Source of the DNA: Candidatus Latescibacterota bacterium
GTDB lineage: Bacteria; Latescibacterota; UBA2968; UBA8231
Reading direction: 5' to 3'
NCBI GenBank assembly: GCA_965204725.1
Contig: OZ242005.1
Location: 4,128,001-4,192,000, forward strand
Length of the DNA stretch: 64,000 nt
The notes beneath the pieces were generated by a model. That model had not been told where the DNA came from. It searched no databases and saw only the letters and a program-made list of their open reading frames with translations. Position 1 is the stretch's first letter, and the number at the start of each line of letters is the position of its first letter. This document shows, one piece after another, positions 9,955 through 19,410 of the stretch. The translations under genes were made by a program, and so were the position numbers.

Positions 9955-12192
9955 CTACAGCCCTCTCGCCGCTGCGACGAGTGCTTCGGTCGTAATGCCG
10001 AAGTGCGCCCACGTCGCTAGATGGCCTTCGGACGGGGCTGTCGTCGGGTCGGTAATGCCGATGTGCGCCGCCGAAATCCCGAGGTCGCTGGCGACGCCCG
10101 CCACCAGCCCGGCGAAACCGCGCAAGCCAACATTGGCTGCGCCGATCAGGCCATCTTCTATAGTTACTACGCCTTGGGGATAGCGGCTTACGAGCTTTTC
10201 GAGGCTGCCGTCAGGCAGCGGTAGGCCGTTGATGATGTGGGCATCCACCGCGCCTTCGAGCTGTGCAGCCGCCTCGCCAGCGAGAAAAGCCGGGGCACCA
10301 AAAGCCAAAATCGCCCGCTCGGCTCCGGCGTAGGTGCGATAGGCCGTCAGCGGCTCCCAAGCGTCGCCCGCTTCCCACAGCGGCCCGGAGCCATCTTGCT
10401 TTTCGAGGATGGGCAGGGAGTCGCGTGGGATGCCGATGATATGCCCTCCGTAGTGCGCCGCCATATCGCAGACCGCCAAAAACGCCGCCCGCGCATCGGC
10501 TGGCCCGTAGAAGCGGTGCAGATAGGGCAGATAGCTCAAGCCGACATTGATCCACTCCAAACCCCAACCTGAAAAGTGATCGCGGCCGGTGCAGGCCCCC
10601 ACGTGCGAGACGTGGAAGGCTACGTTGAGGCCCTCGTTGACGCCGGTGAGGTTGCGCTGATAACGCCAGACGTCAAAGCCCTCGCGGGCAATGCCCTCGT
10701 AAAAGGCCGCAAACGTCGATACCACATTGAACTGCGGACCCGGCCCGCGCATCGCTAGCCCGTCGGTAATCAGACAAGCGGCTTGCTCCTCAATGCTCAT
10801 CTCAAACTGGTGATCAGCGGCCAAGAACCCGCGCGCCTTTGCCAATTTGGTCGAGGGGTCGAGGTCGCAGCTAACGACGAAGACATCGTCGGGAAAATGC
10901 GCGGCTACGGCCGCGTACGCAGCTTCGGACCCGGCGCGTGGGCTTTCGCTCGTGCCCACCGCCGGCAGGCTGACCTCCTGCTTGATGCTGGCGGGCAGGA
11001 CCAAGTTGCGGCTGCCGGGAGCGGGCCTAGCTCGGGTTTCGACGGGGCGCTTCTGCCCTCGGCGCAGCGTCGCTAGGGCTTGGCGCACGGCCGCTGTTTT
11101 TTTGAACATCGGGTTGCTCAGCACTTGCGCGGCGTCGCGGCCCTTCATGTGGCCGTCGTGATGCCCTTCGCCGCCGGGTAGCTTGTTGACCAAGAAGAGG
11201 CACTCTAGCATTGGCACTAGGTCGCGGTAGCTCATCAGCGAGCCGGGAACCCAGACGCGGGTGTTCAGCTCAACGCCGTGCTCGGCCGCGAACGTTGCGA
11301 CTTCGGAACCAATGCCCAAGCGCTCGCCAAAGTCGCCGAGGCACTCGTGCGTTCCCGTGGGATAGATCAGCGACGGCTGGCCCTGCCGCGCCAGTTCGTG
11401 GCCCTTGCGGTAGGCTTTGTAGAGCGTCGGAGCGTCGTGCAGGGTCTCGATCTCAATGACTTCCACGCCCAGTGCCGCGACGATTGGGCGCGGGTCCTTG
11501 TCCATGATGCCCTCGGTAGTGCCCGAAAGCTGGATGCCGTTGCGGTGCATGACAAAGGTGATGGGTGCTCCGTGTACGGCTGCGCCGTTGAAGCCGTTGA
11601 GGGCTTGGCCCGAAATGTAGCCAGCGTCGCCACAGTGGCAGACGACCCAGCTATCCTCGCCGAGCTTGGCCCGCTTGCCGAGGGCTTGGCCCACCGCCAC
11701 CGGGATCATCACCCCCAGCCGCCCGCCGTTTAGCTGAGTCCCGCCCGGCAGCCAAGACACGTGCCCGGGAGCGTCGAGCCCGCGGCGAAAACCCTCGACG
11801 ACGATCTCCTCATCGATAAAGCCCAGTGCCGCCAATGCCGCGTAGTAGCCTACGGAGGTGTGGGCGTGCTCAATGGTGTATTCGATGCGCTCGTAGTCGG
11901 TGATAGCCAAGGTCAGCAAGAGCGGCGGAATCAGCTCTAGACCGCCGCCGAGGTGATCCAACTCGCCGATTTCGGCCAGCGAGGCCAGCGAGCGAATCGC
12001 CATCTCGGCGGCTTCGATCTGCAAGCCCTCCAGAGCGGCGATTTGCTCTGGGTGCAACGCTTGTTGTTCGCCGATATTTACTGTGAGCGGCAAGACCTCG
12101 GAATGCACCTGCTCGCCTAGGTAGCGCACTCCGCTCAGCAGCGCTTTGTTCCGCTGCCGCTGGCCTGCTTGTGCCGCTTCAATCCCCCGCAT
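9955..12192 (-). CDS. Transketolase-like TPP-dependent enzyme (single chain)
   Basis: GH motif (APGHVS), TPP-binding CGDAG...N region, DLDPST and SIEEQ motifs. Confidence 0.75.
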   Translation of the reverse strand: MRGIEAAQAGQRQRNKALLSGVRYLGEQVHSEVLPLTVNIGEQQALHPEQIAALEGLQIEAAEMAIRSLASLAEIGELDHLGGGLELIPPLLLTLAITDYERIEYTIEHAHTSVGYYAALAALGFIDEEIVVEGFRRGLDAPGHVSWLPGGTQLNGGRLGVMIPVAVGQALGKRAKLGEDSWVVCHCGDAGYISGQALNGFNGAAVHGAPITFVMHRNGIQLSGTTEGIMDKDPRPIVAALGVEVIEIETLHDAPTLYKAYRKGHELARQGQPSLIYPTGTHECLGDFGERLGIGSEVATFAAEHGVELNTRVWVPGSLMSYRDLVPMLECLFLVNKLPGGEGHHDGHMKGRDAAQVLSNPMFKKTAAVRQALATLRRGQKRPVETRARPAPGSRNLVLPASIKQEVSLPAVGTSESPRAGSEAAYAAVAAHFPDDVFVVSCDLDPSTKLAKARGFLAADHQFEMSIEEQAACLITDGLAMRGPGPQFNVVSTFAAFYEGIAREGFDVWRYQRNLTGVNEGLNVAFHVSHVGACTGRDHFSGWGLEWINVGLSYLPYLHRFYGPADARAAFLAVCDMAAHYGGHIIGIPRDSLPILEKQDGSGPLWEAGDAWEPLTAYRTYAGAERAILAFGAPAFLAGEAAAQLEGAVDAHIINGLPLPDGSLEKLVSRYPQGVVTIEDGLIGAANVGLRGFAGLVAGVASDLGISAAHIGITDPTTAPSEGHLATWAHFGITTEALVAAARGL

Positions 12193-12269
12193 GTAAAGCT
12201 CCCTAAGTGGGTATTTTCAGTTGAGTAAAGAACCGCAAAAAGTATAAACCGAGCACCGAGCGCGAGCAA

Positions 12270-13280
12270 TTAACGCGGCTTGAACTGCACCGCCAATTTC
12301 TCGGCCCACGCCTTGTTCGCGTCGATCGTGCGCCCGGCATTGTGCGGCGTATGCACCACGTTGTGCCGCCCCAGCAGCGGATCGTCCAACGGCAGCGGCT
12401 CTTGGTCCCACACATCCGCCGCTAGGCTCAACTCGTCGGCCAGCACTCGTCGCCGGATGGCGTCGGTATCGCAGATTTTGGCTCTGGTCACCAGCACGAC
12501 TAGACAGCCCTTAGGCAGCGCGTCAATGTGCCCAGCCTCAACTAAGCCGCACGTCGATTCCGTCAGCGGCACCATGGGTGCGAACACTTCGGCATCGGCG
12601 ACTAGCTGCTCCAGATGGTACACGCGGCACGACCCGGCCCGGTGGAAGCACGGCTCGGTGGCAAACGGGTCCCAAGCCGCCACCTCAGCGCCGAGCATGG
12701 CGGCGAAACTGGCGTAGCGGCTGGCGATGTTGCCGGCCCCTACAATTCGCACCCGCTTGCCGCCCAGCGTGCCATTGGCAAAGGCAGGGTCGTCGCCAAA
12801 TTGGTGCCCCCGCGCCCCGGGCCGTCCCACGCCTTCGGGCGGCTCGTAGTCCCAAGGCGCTTGGTTTTGGATGATCGCTCGGTGCAACTGCGGAATCCGC
12901 CGCAGCCCGCACAGCGTCAATGCCAAGCCAAATTCCGCCACAGTTTGCGACCAAAACCCCTCGCTCGGATGGTCGTACACCGCGACGCCGGCCTCGGATA
13001 GGTACTCGCTACAGCCCTCGCCGAGCCGCCGGCCATAAGACCCCTGAAAGGTCGCCTCCTGCAAGGCGCTGAATCGCTGTAGGCAGGTCAGGCGCACCGG
13101 CACTCCGAGCGTGGCCAATCGCGTCACTTGGCGCGGCTCCTCGACGAGCTCGCCCAAGGGCCGCTCGTCGCCATGCGCTAGACGCACAAAGCCTGCTGCG
13201 GGCCACAAGGTGCGGAAGTGGTCGGCGGCAAAGGGCCAAACTCCGTCAAAACTTGGATGAACTACGATCAAATCGCCCAT
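12270..13280 (-). CDS. D-isomer-specific 2-hydroxyacid dehydrogenase family protein
   Basis: GAGNIA Rossmann motif, PLTEST, DVWDQEPL and TPHNAG; start taken at MGDLIVV. Confidence 0.85.
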   Translation of the reverse strand: MGDLIVVHPSFDGVWPFAADHFRTLWPAAGFVRLAHGDERPLGELVEEPRQVTRLATLGVPVRLTCLQRFSALQEATFQGSYGRRLGEGCSEYLSEAGVAVYDHPSEGFWSQTVAEFGLALTLCGLRRIPQLHRAIIQNQAPWDYEPPEGVGRPGARGHQFGDDPAFANGTLGGKRVRIVGAGNIASRYASFAAMLGAEVAAWDPFATEPCFHRAGSCRVYHLEQLVADAEVFAPMVPLTESTCGLVEAGHIDALPKGCLVVLVTRAKICDTDAIRRRVLADELSLAADVWDQEPLPLDDPLLGRHNVVHTPHNAGRTIDANKAWAEKLAVQFKPR

Positions 13281-13281
13281 G

Positions 13282-14163
13282 TTACTCGCGCTCTCCCCCA
13301 AAAAATGGCTGCGTCCAAGCAAATGCCTCGCCAGCCCCCCAACATTCAAAGCGCACGTAGGCCGCCCGCGCCGGCACTTCCACCTCGATTTCCCGTCCAT
13401 CGGCCACGGCGATTCGCTTCGCGCCCGCGCACAAAGCCACGATCCGCGCCGCATTCTCCGTCTCAATCCAGATCCGGTTCCCCTCAACTTGGATATGGTT
13501 GATCTCGACGCCCGTCGAGGCGTAAAAGCGACCGGCGCGCAGGGCCTCTATCACGCCGTCGGCGGTCGCCTCTTCCACGTAGGCCACATTCCACCCCAAC
13601 CCCACATCGCCTTCGGCCGCGTGGCTGTCGTCGTTGGCAAACCCCCACAGGCGTCTTCCCGCACTCAGCAGCATGTCCCAGCGGTTCGTCGCGTAGGGGC
13701 TGCCCTCCAAGCGGCTGATCACGCCGTTGTAGATCTCCAAGCCCGCATAGCCTTCGCAGGCCTGCAAAAGCTCCTGCGGGCAGTGGTTGAAATGGCCGCG
13801 CCAGTTGGGGTGGTTAAAAAGAACAAACCCACCGCCCGATTCGTTGGCCTCGTCGATTACCTGCTGCCGGTCTGCATGGGGTGCGACCCACGCTGTGGCC
13901 CCTACGTGCAAAACGTGCGGGCCGTTGGCTGTAATCTCATTGCCCGGCACCAAGACCATCCCTTGGGCGTCGTACTGTTCGTAGTCTGCCAAGGACGTAT
14001 AGAGGTCGTGGTCGGTAATCGCCAAGAAGCCATAGCCACGGCTCGCGTAGTCGTCAATTACCGCTTGGTGACCGCGCTCGCCATCGCTGGCGGTGGTGTG
14101 CGCGTGCAGGTTGCCGGCTAGCCAGCGTCCTCCGCTCAAATTCTGATAGGGATGTTCGATCAT
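13282..14163 (-). CDS. PHP-domain metallohydrolase (CehA/McbA-like)
   Basis: GNLHAHTTASDG, ITDHD, NHP and NDDSH motifs. Confidence 0.85.
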   Translation of the reverse strand: MIEHPYQNLSGGRWLAGNLHAHTTASDGERGHQAVIDDYASRGYGFLAITDHDLYTSLADYEQYDAQGMVLVPGNEITANGPHVLHVGATAWVAPHADRQQVIDEANESGGGFVLFNHPNWRGHFNHCPQELLQACEGYAGLEIYNGVISRLEGSPYATNRWDMLLSAGRRLWGFANDDSHAAEGDVGLGWNVAYVEEATADGVIEALRAGRFYASTGVEINHIQVEGNRIWIETENAARIVALCAGAKRIAVADGREIEVEVPARAAYVRFECWGAGEAFAWTQPFFGGERE

Positions 14164-14319
14164 TATGATTCTCCTTTGGTTAGGAAGCGGCCTCAAAATA
14201 CGGGAGCACCCTGCAAGCGACAAGGGAAGGCCCGCCGAAGCGGTGTTGACGCGAAAAGCAAGTGGCCCTTTAATTCCGTTCAGACACGGACGTCACGCAT
14301 CGAACCTCATTGAATTTTG

Positions 14320-14418
14320 GCCCGAGGAGCCCCGGGCTTCGGCGTCGAGCTGGCCGACGACCTCGAAGCGCGCTTCCCGTACATCCCCGGCTCTTGGAGC
14401 AACCCCGTACAACGCTGA
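14320..14418 (+). pseudogene. 3' remnant of a mandelate racemase/enolase-superfamily gene
   Basis: Frame reads APGFGVELADDLEARFPYIPGSWSNPVQR-stop; PGxGVE is the typical C-terminal MR/MLE motif and the rest of the gene is absent. Confidence 0.5.
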
Positions 14419-14425
14419 GGACCTA

Positions 14426-15259
14426 ATGGTCACTGACCTCGAAAATTATCTCTTCGACCTGCGCGGCTACCTGCACTTAGAGGGAGCACTTACCGCCGAC
14501 GAAATCAAAGCACTCAACGATTGCCTCGACGCCATCCCCCCGCTAGAGCCGGGCGACTGGTACGGCCATGTCCACGCCCATACCTATGGCACGGTGGACG
14601 GCCTCAACTTGCAGCAAATCTACGAGGCGGGCGAACCTTTTGAGCGAATGATCGACCATCCCGCTTGGATCGAGAAAGTGCAGCACTTCGTCGGCGGCGA
14701 GGGCACATTCGACCACGCCCACGGGCCGCTTTTCATCGACGAAAACTTTGCCAACTTCCGCCAACGAGGAGAGGCCATTGGCCTGCATTCCGGCGGCTAC
14801 CCGCCCATCATGCGCAACCAATTCCGCTACCACGGCGGGCGCTATATGTGCGGCCAAATCAACATCCTCGTAGCGCTCACGGACATCGGCCCAGGCGACG
14901 GCGGCACCATGCTAATCCCCGGCAGCCACAAGTCCAATTTCGCGCACCCCGACTTAGAGCGGCATCGCATGCGGCCCGGCGGCGCTACGGTCGAGGGCAT
15001 CGCCGGCGCGGTCGAATGCCTCATGGCCCGCGGCGACGCCCTGCTCTTCGTCGATGGGCTCTCGCACGGCTCGGCCCGGCGCAAAAACGAAGGGACCCGC
15101 CGGATTTTCGTCTATCGCTACGGGCCCTCTTGGGGCAACTTTCGCCACGGCTACCACCCCTCGGACGAGCTGTTGGCGCGCTTGACGCCCGAGCGGCGGC
15201 AGATCGTCTGGCCGCAGCGGCCCCGTCCCCAAGGACCGCAAAAAAAGGCCATTGAGTAG
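14426..15259 (+). CDS. Phytanoyl-CoA dioxygenase (PhyH) family protein
   Basis: YLFDLRGYL start, LHSG, GGTMLIPGSHK, GDALLF...HGS...RR; GAGG RBS before ATG 14426. Confidence 0.85.
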   Translation: MVTDLENYLFDLRGYLHLEGALTADEIKALNDCLDAIPPLEPGDWYGHVHAHTYGTVDGLNLQQIYEAGEPFERMIDHPAWIEKVQHFVGGEGTFDHAHGPLFIDENFANFRQRGEAIGLHSGGYPPIMRNQFRYHGGRYMCGQINILVALTDIGPGDGGTMLIPGSHKSNFAHPDLERHRMRPGGATVEGIAGAVECLMARGDALLFVDGLSHGSARRKNEGTRRIFVYRYGPSWGNFRHGYHPSDELLARLTPERRQIVWPQRPRPQGPQKKAIE

Positions 15260-15262
15260 TCC

Positions 15263-16144
15263 ATGAAGGGCATCATTCTCGCTGGCGGCGCCGGCACGCG
15301 CCTTTACCCTTTGACCGTATCGGTCTCCAAACAGATTCTGCCGATCTTCGACAAGCCGATGATTTACTATCCGCTCTCGGTGTTCATGCTGGCCGATATC
15401 CGCGAGATCCTCATCATCTCCAGCCCAGAGCACACCGATCTCTACCGCCAGCTCTTCGGCGATGGCGAGCGGCTGGGGCTGAGCATTGAATACGCAGTCC
15501 AGCCGCGGCCCGAGGGCGTGGCTCACGCCTTTGTCGTGGGGGCTGATTTTGCTGGCCGCGACCCCTGTGCCTTGATATTCGGCGACAACTTCCTCTACGG
15601 GCACGGGCTGACGGCGATTTTACAGCGCGCCAGCCAACTGCGGGAGGGCGGCTTGGTTTTCGCTTACTACGTGAGCGATCCCACGCGCTACGGGATCGTC
15701 GAATTCGACCGAGCGGGCCACCCCATCATCATCAAAGAGAAGCCGCAAAACCCCCAGTCCAACTACGCGGTCATCGGCCTTTATTTTTACGACGGAGCAG
15801 TCGTTGACATCGTCCGCGGCCTCGAGCCTTCGGCCCGCGGCGAGTTGGAAATTACCGATGTCAACAACGAGTACCTGCGCCGCCAGCAGCTCAGGGTCGA
15901 GGTGTTGGGACGGGGCTTCGCTTGGTTCGACACCGGTACGCACGAGAGCCTCCTAGAGGCCAGTGATTTCGTCCAAACCATTGAGCACCGGCAAGGGCTC
16001 AAAGTGGGCTGCATCGAGGAAATAGCGTACCGCAAGGGCTACATTGGCGCGGAACAACTCCTCCGCATCGCCCATTACTCCAAAGACAATGCGTATTGTC
16101 TCTATCTGAAGGCCCTCGTCGAACAGCCCGGGCCGACGTTCTAA
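15263..16144 (+). CDS. rfbA: Glucose-1-phosphate thymidylyltransferase
   Basis: MKGIILAGGAGTRLYP, SKQILPIFDKPMIYYPL, SARGELEITD, GRGFAWFDTGT. Confidence 0.95.
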   Translation: MKGIILAGGAGTRLYPLTVSVSKQILPIFDKPMIYYPLSVFMLADIREILIISSPEHTDLYRQLFGDGERLGLSIEYAVQPRPEGVAHAFVVGADFAGRDPCALIFGDNFLYGHGLTAILQRASQLREGGLVFAYYVSDPTRYGIVEFDRAGHPIIIKEKPQNPQSNYAVIGLYFYDGAVVDIVRGLEPSARGELEITDVNNEYLRRQQLRVEVLGRGFAWFDTGTHESLLEASDFVQTIEHRQGLKVGCIEEIAYRKGYIGAEQLLRIAHYSKDNAYCLYLKALVEQPGPTF

Positions 16145-16150
16145 CGCCTT

Positions 16151-16178
16151 TTGACTTATCGGCCCATCGCCATACTTT
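16151..16178 (+). promoter_or_regulatory. Possible sigma70 promoter for the oad genes
   Basis: TTGACT-N16-TACTTT upstream of the oadG-like ORF. Confidence 0.3.
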
Positions 16179-16211
16179 AATGTTTTTCACTTTCCGCCCA
16201 GCCACTCAGAC

Positions 16212-16460
16212 ATGAAGCAACTCGCACTCGACAATCCAGTCGTACAGGGGTTAGACCTAGCCTTTGTGGGCATGAGCATCGTCTTTACCGCCCTCGTATT
16301 GGTTAGCGTCTTTATCGCCGTTTTGCCGCGGCTCCTCGCCGCGATCAACCCGCATATTCCCCCAGCCCAACTCCACACGCAGAGCCAGAGCAAAGAAACC
16401 AACGCAGCCGCCATCGCGGCCATCAGCTTTGCCTTGCACACGCGCCGACAAAACGACTAA
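16212..16460 (+). CDS. oadG: OadG-family (gamma/delta) subunit of a Na+-translocating decarboxylase
   Basis: GMSIVFTAL TM segment and AAIAAIS C-terminal motif, directly upstream of the beta subunit. Confidence 0.8.
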   Translation: MKQLALDNPVVQGLDLAFVGMSIVFTALVLVSVFIAVLPRLLAAINPHIPPAQLHTQSQSKETNAAAIAAISFALHTRRQND

Positions 16461-16465
16461 CGGCC

Positions 16466-17593
16466 ATGGAGATTCTCCTCGAATTCCTCACCACCACGGC
16501 CGTGGCCAACATGTCGGGCGGCAACCTGCTGATGATCGTTATCGGCGCGGTCTTCATCCTCCTCGCCATTCGCAAAGACTACGAGCCGCTGCTGCTGTTG
16601 CCGATCGGCTTCGGCTGCATCGTCGGCAATATCCCGTCTATCACCAGCATGGCCATCGGCGTGTACGACGAAGGCAGCGTGCTCTACTACATCTACTTCG
16701 GCGTCAGCCAAGGGATCTTTCCACCGCTGATTTTTCTCGGCATCGGCGCGATGACCGACTTCTCGACCATGCTCTCCAGCCCCCGGTTGGTGCTGCTCGG
16801 AGCCGCCGCGCAGACGGGCATTTTCCTCACCTTGATCGGCGCATTGCACCTAGGCTTCACTCCGGCCGAGGCCGGGGCCATTGGCATTATCGGCGGCGCC
16901 GACGGGCCAACGGCGATCTTCCTCGCGGCCAAGCTGGCGCCCCACCTGTTGGGGGCCATCGCCATCGCCGCGTATTCCTACATGGCCCTCGTGCCCGTAA
17001 TCCAGCCGCCGGTGATGAAGCTGTTGACCACTCGCCGCGAGCGGCTGATTCGCATGAAGCCCCCGCGCCAAGTCTCGCAGCGCGAAAAGATCATCTTTCC
17101 CATCGCCGCCTTTCTCATCTGCGCGCTCCTCGCCCCGGGCGCGATTGGCCTGATCGGGATGCTGTTTTTCGGCAATCTGCTCAAGGAAAGCGGCGTCACC
17201 GAGCGCTTGGCCCAGACCGCCCGCACCTCAATGGTCGATATCGTCACCATTCTCCTCGGATTCTCGGTCGGCTGCTCGACCCAAGCCCAGACCTTTCTCA
17301 CGCCGCAGTCGGTACTCATTTTCAGCCTCGGTGCTCTGTCCTTTGCAATCGCCACGGCGACCGGCGTACTCTTCGCCAAGTTTTTGAACCTCTTCACCAA
17401 AGACAAAATCAACCCCCTCGTCGGCGCGGCCGGGGTCTCGGCTGTGCCCGACTCGGCCCGCGTAGTGCAGATGATGGGCCAGCAGGAAGACCCCAATAAC
17501 TACCTCCTGATGCACGCGATGGCCCCCAACATCGCCGGCGTCATCGGCTCGGCGGTCGGTGCCGGCGTCTTGTGGTCGGTGCTGGTGGGATAG
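16466..17593 (+). CDS. oadB: Sodium ion-translocating decarboxylase beta subunit
   Basis: YEPLLLLPIGFG, IGIIGGADGPTAIF, AAYSYMALVP, AGVSAVP, HAMAPNIAGVIGS. Confidence 0.95.
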   Translation: MEILLEFLTTTAVANMSGGNLLMIVIGAVFILLAIRKDYEPLLLLPIGFGCIVGNIPSITSMAIGVYDEGSVLYYIYFGVSQGIFPPLIFLGIGAMTDFSTMLSSPRLVLLGAAAQTGIFLTLIGALHLGFTPAEAGAIGIIGGADGPTAIFLAAKLAPHLLGAIAIAAYSYMALVPVIQPPVMKLLTTRRERLIRMKPPRQVSQREKIIFPIAAFLICALLAPGAIGLIGMLFFGNLLKESGVTERLAQTARTSMVDIVTILLGFSVGCSTQAQTFLTPQSVLIFSLGALSFAIATATGVLFAKFLNLFTKDKINPLVGAAGVSAVPDSARVVQMMGQQEDPNNYLLMHAMAPNIAGVIGSAVGAGVLWSVLVG

Positions 17594-17610
17594 ACAACGA
17601 GGATGCAACT

Positions 17611-19410
17611 GTGAGCAAGAAGAAAATTCGCTTTATGTGTACCGCCTTCCGCGACGGCTTCCAATCGGTTTATGGCGCGCGCGTTTTCACGTCCGATTTT
17701 CTGCCGGCCGTCGCCGCGGCCAAGGAAGCTGGCATCCACTACTTCGAGGCCGGCGGCGGCGCTTGTTTCCAGTCGTTCTACTTCTACTGCGGCGAAGACG
17801 CCTTTGCCGCGATGGACGCCTTTCGCGCAACGGCCGGCCCAGACGCCGAACTCCAGACCTTGGCGCGGGGAGTCAACGTGGTCGGCCTCGAATCGCAGCC
17901 GAGCGACATCATCAAGCTCCACGCCGAGCTCTTCAAAAAGCACGGCATCACGACCATCCGCAATTTCGACGCGCTCAACGACGTCGATAACCTCATCTAT
18001 TCGGGGCAGTGCATTGTGGATGCCGGGCTCAAACACCAAGTCTGCATCACCCTGATGGAACTGCCGCCGGGCTGCTCCGGTGCCCACGACGCGGCCTTCT
18101 ACACCCATACCTTGCGCCAGATACTAGACGCCGGCATCCCGTATGACTCGGTCTGCTTCAAGGATGCCTCGGGCACGGCCGTGCCCTCCAAAGTCTATGA
18201 GACCATCTCCCAAGCGCGGCTCATGCTGCCCGAGGGCACCTTCATCCACTTCCACACCCACGAGACGGCCGGCATTGGCGTCAGCGCCAACATGGCCGCC
18301 CTCGACGCGGGTGCCGACGCCATCGACCTGTCCATGGCGCCCTGCTCCGGCGGCACCTGCCAACCCGACATCATCGTCATGTGGCACGCGCTGCGCGGCT
18401 CTGCCTACGACCTCGACCTAGACATCGACAAAATCCGCGAGGCCGAGGAAGTCTTTAAGGAGTGCATGGGCTCCTACTTCCTGCCTCCCGAAGCGGTGGC
18501 GGTCGAGCCGATGATTCCTTGGAGCCCCATGCCCGGCGGCGCACTGACGGCCAACACCCAAATGCTGCGCGACAACGGCATCATGGACAAGTACCCAGAC
18601 ATGATCAAGGCCATGCGCGAGGTCGTCGAAAAGGGCGGGTTCGGCACCTCGGTGACGCCGGTTTCGCAATTTTACTTTCAGCAGGCTTTCAACAACGTCA
18701 TGTTCGGCCCTTGGGAGCGGATCGCCGCGCCCTACGGCCAAATGGTCTTGGGCTACTTCGGCAAGACGCCCGTCGCGCCCGACCCCTCAGTCGTGGAGAT
18801 CGCCGCCGAGCAACTCGGTCTAGAGCCAACGACCCAAAAGCCGCTCGAACGCAACGACGCCGACCCGAACAAAGGCGTCGAACCGGCCCGCAAACAACTA
18901 CGGGAAGCCGGCCTCGCCGAGACGGACGAAAACATTTTCATCGTCGCCACCTGCCAAGACAAGGGCCTCGCCTTCCTCAAGGGAGAAGGCGAGATCGGCG
19001 TACGCAAAGTGGAAAAAGAGCCAAAAGAAGAGGCCCCGGCCGACGGCCCGGCGCACTATGAGGTCACCGTGGATGGTCGCCGCTACGCCGTAGCCATTGA
19101 CGGCGACACGGCCACCGTGGATGGCCGCCGCTTCCAAGTCAGCTTAGACGCAGCCACAGACGCGGCCGCTCTCCCACCGGCCTCCAAGGCCAAAGACGGT
19201 ACGCCGGTACAAGCCCAGATGCCCGGGAAAGTAATCCGCCACCTCGTCCAAGTCGGCGACCCCGTACAAACGGGCGACGGAATCATAGTGCTCGAAGCCA
19301 TGAAGATGGAAATGCCGGTAACGGCTCCCGTCGGCGGCACGGTCGCCGATATTTTGGTCCATGCCGGGGATCAGGTGGCCGACGGACAGGTGCTGGCGCA
19401 CATACACTAA
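17611..19410 (+). CDS. oadA: Oxaloacetate decarboxylase alpha / pyruvate carboxylase B-type carboxyltransferase with biotinyl domain
   Basis: RDGFQS, FDALND, KDASG, HTHET, PGGAL and VTPVSQ motifs; biotin site EAMKM; GTG start 17611. Confidence 0.85.
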   Translation: MSKKKIRFMCTAFRDGFQSVYGARVFTSDFLPAVAAAKEAGIHYFEAGGGACFQSFYFYCGEDAFAAMDAFRATAGPDAELQTLARGVNVVGLESQPSDIIKLHAELFKKHGITTIRNFDALNDVDNLIYSGQCIVDAGLKHQVCITLMELPPGCSGAHDAAFYTHTLRQILDAGIPYDSVCFKDASGTAVPSKVYETISQARLMLPEGTFIHFHTHETAGIGVSANMAALDAGADAIDLSMAPCSGGTCQPDIIVMWHALRGSAYDLDLDIDKIREAEEVFKECMGSYFLPPEAVAVEPMIPWSPMPGGALTANTQMLRDNGIMDKYPDMIKAMREVVEKGGFGTSVTPVSQFYFQQAFNNVMFGPWERIAAPYGQMVLGYFGKTPVAPDPSVVEIAAEQLGLEPTTQKPLERNDADPNKGVEPARKQLREAGLAETDENIFIVATCQDKGLAFLKGEGEIGVRKVEKEPKEEAPADGPAHYEVTVDGRRYAVAIDGDTATVDGRRFQVSLDAATDAAALPPASKAKDGTPVQAQMPGKVIRHLVQVGDPVQTGDGIIVLEAMKMEMPVTAPVGGTVADILVHAGDQVADGQVLAHIH

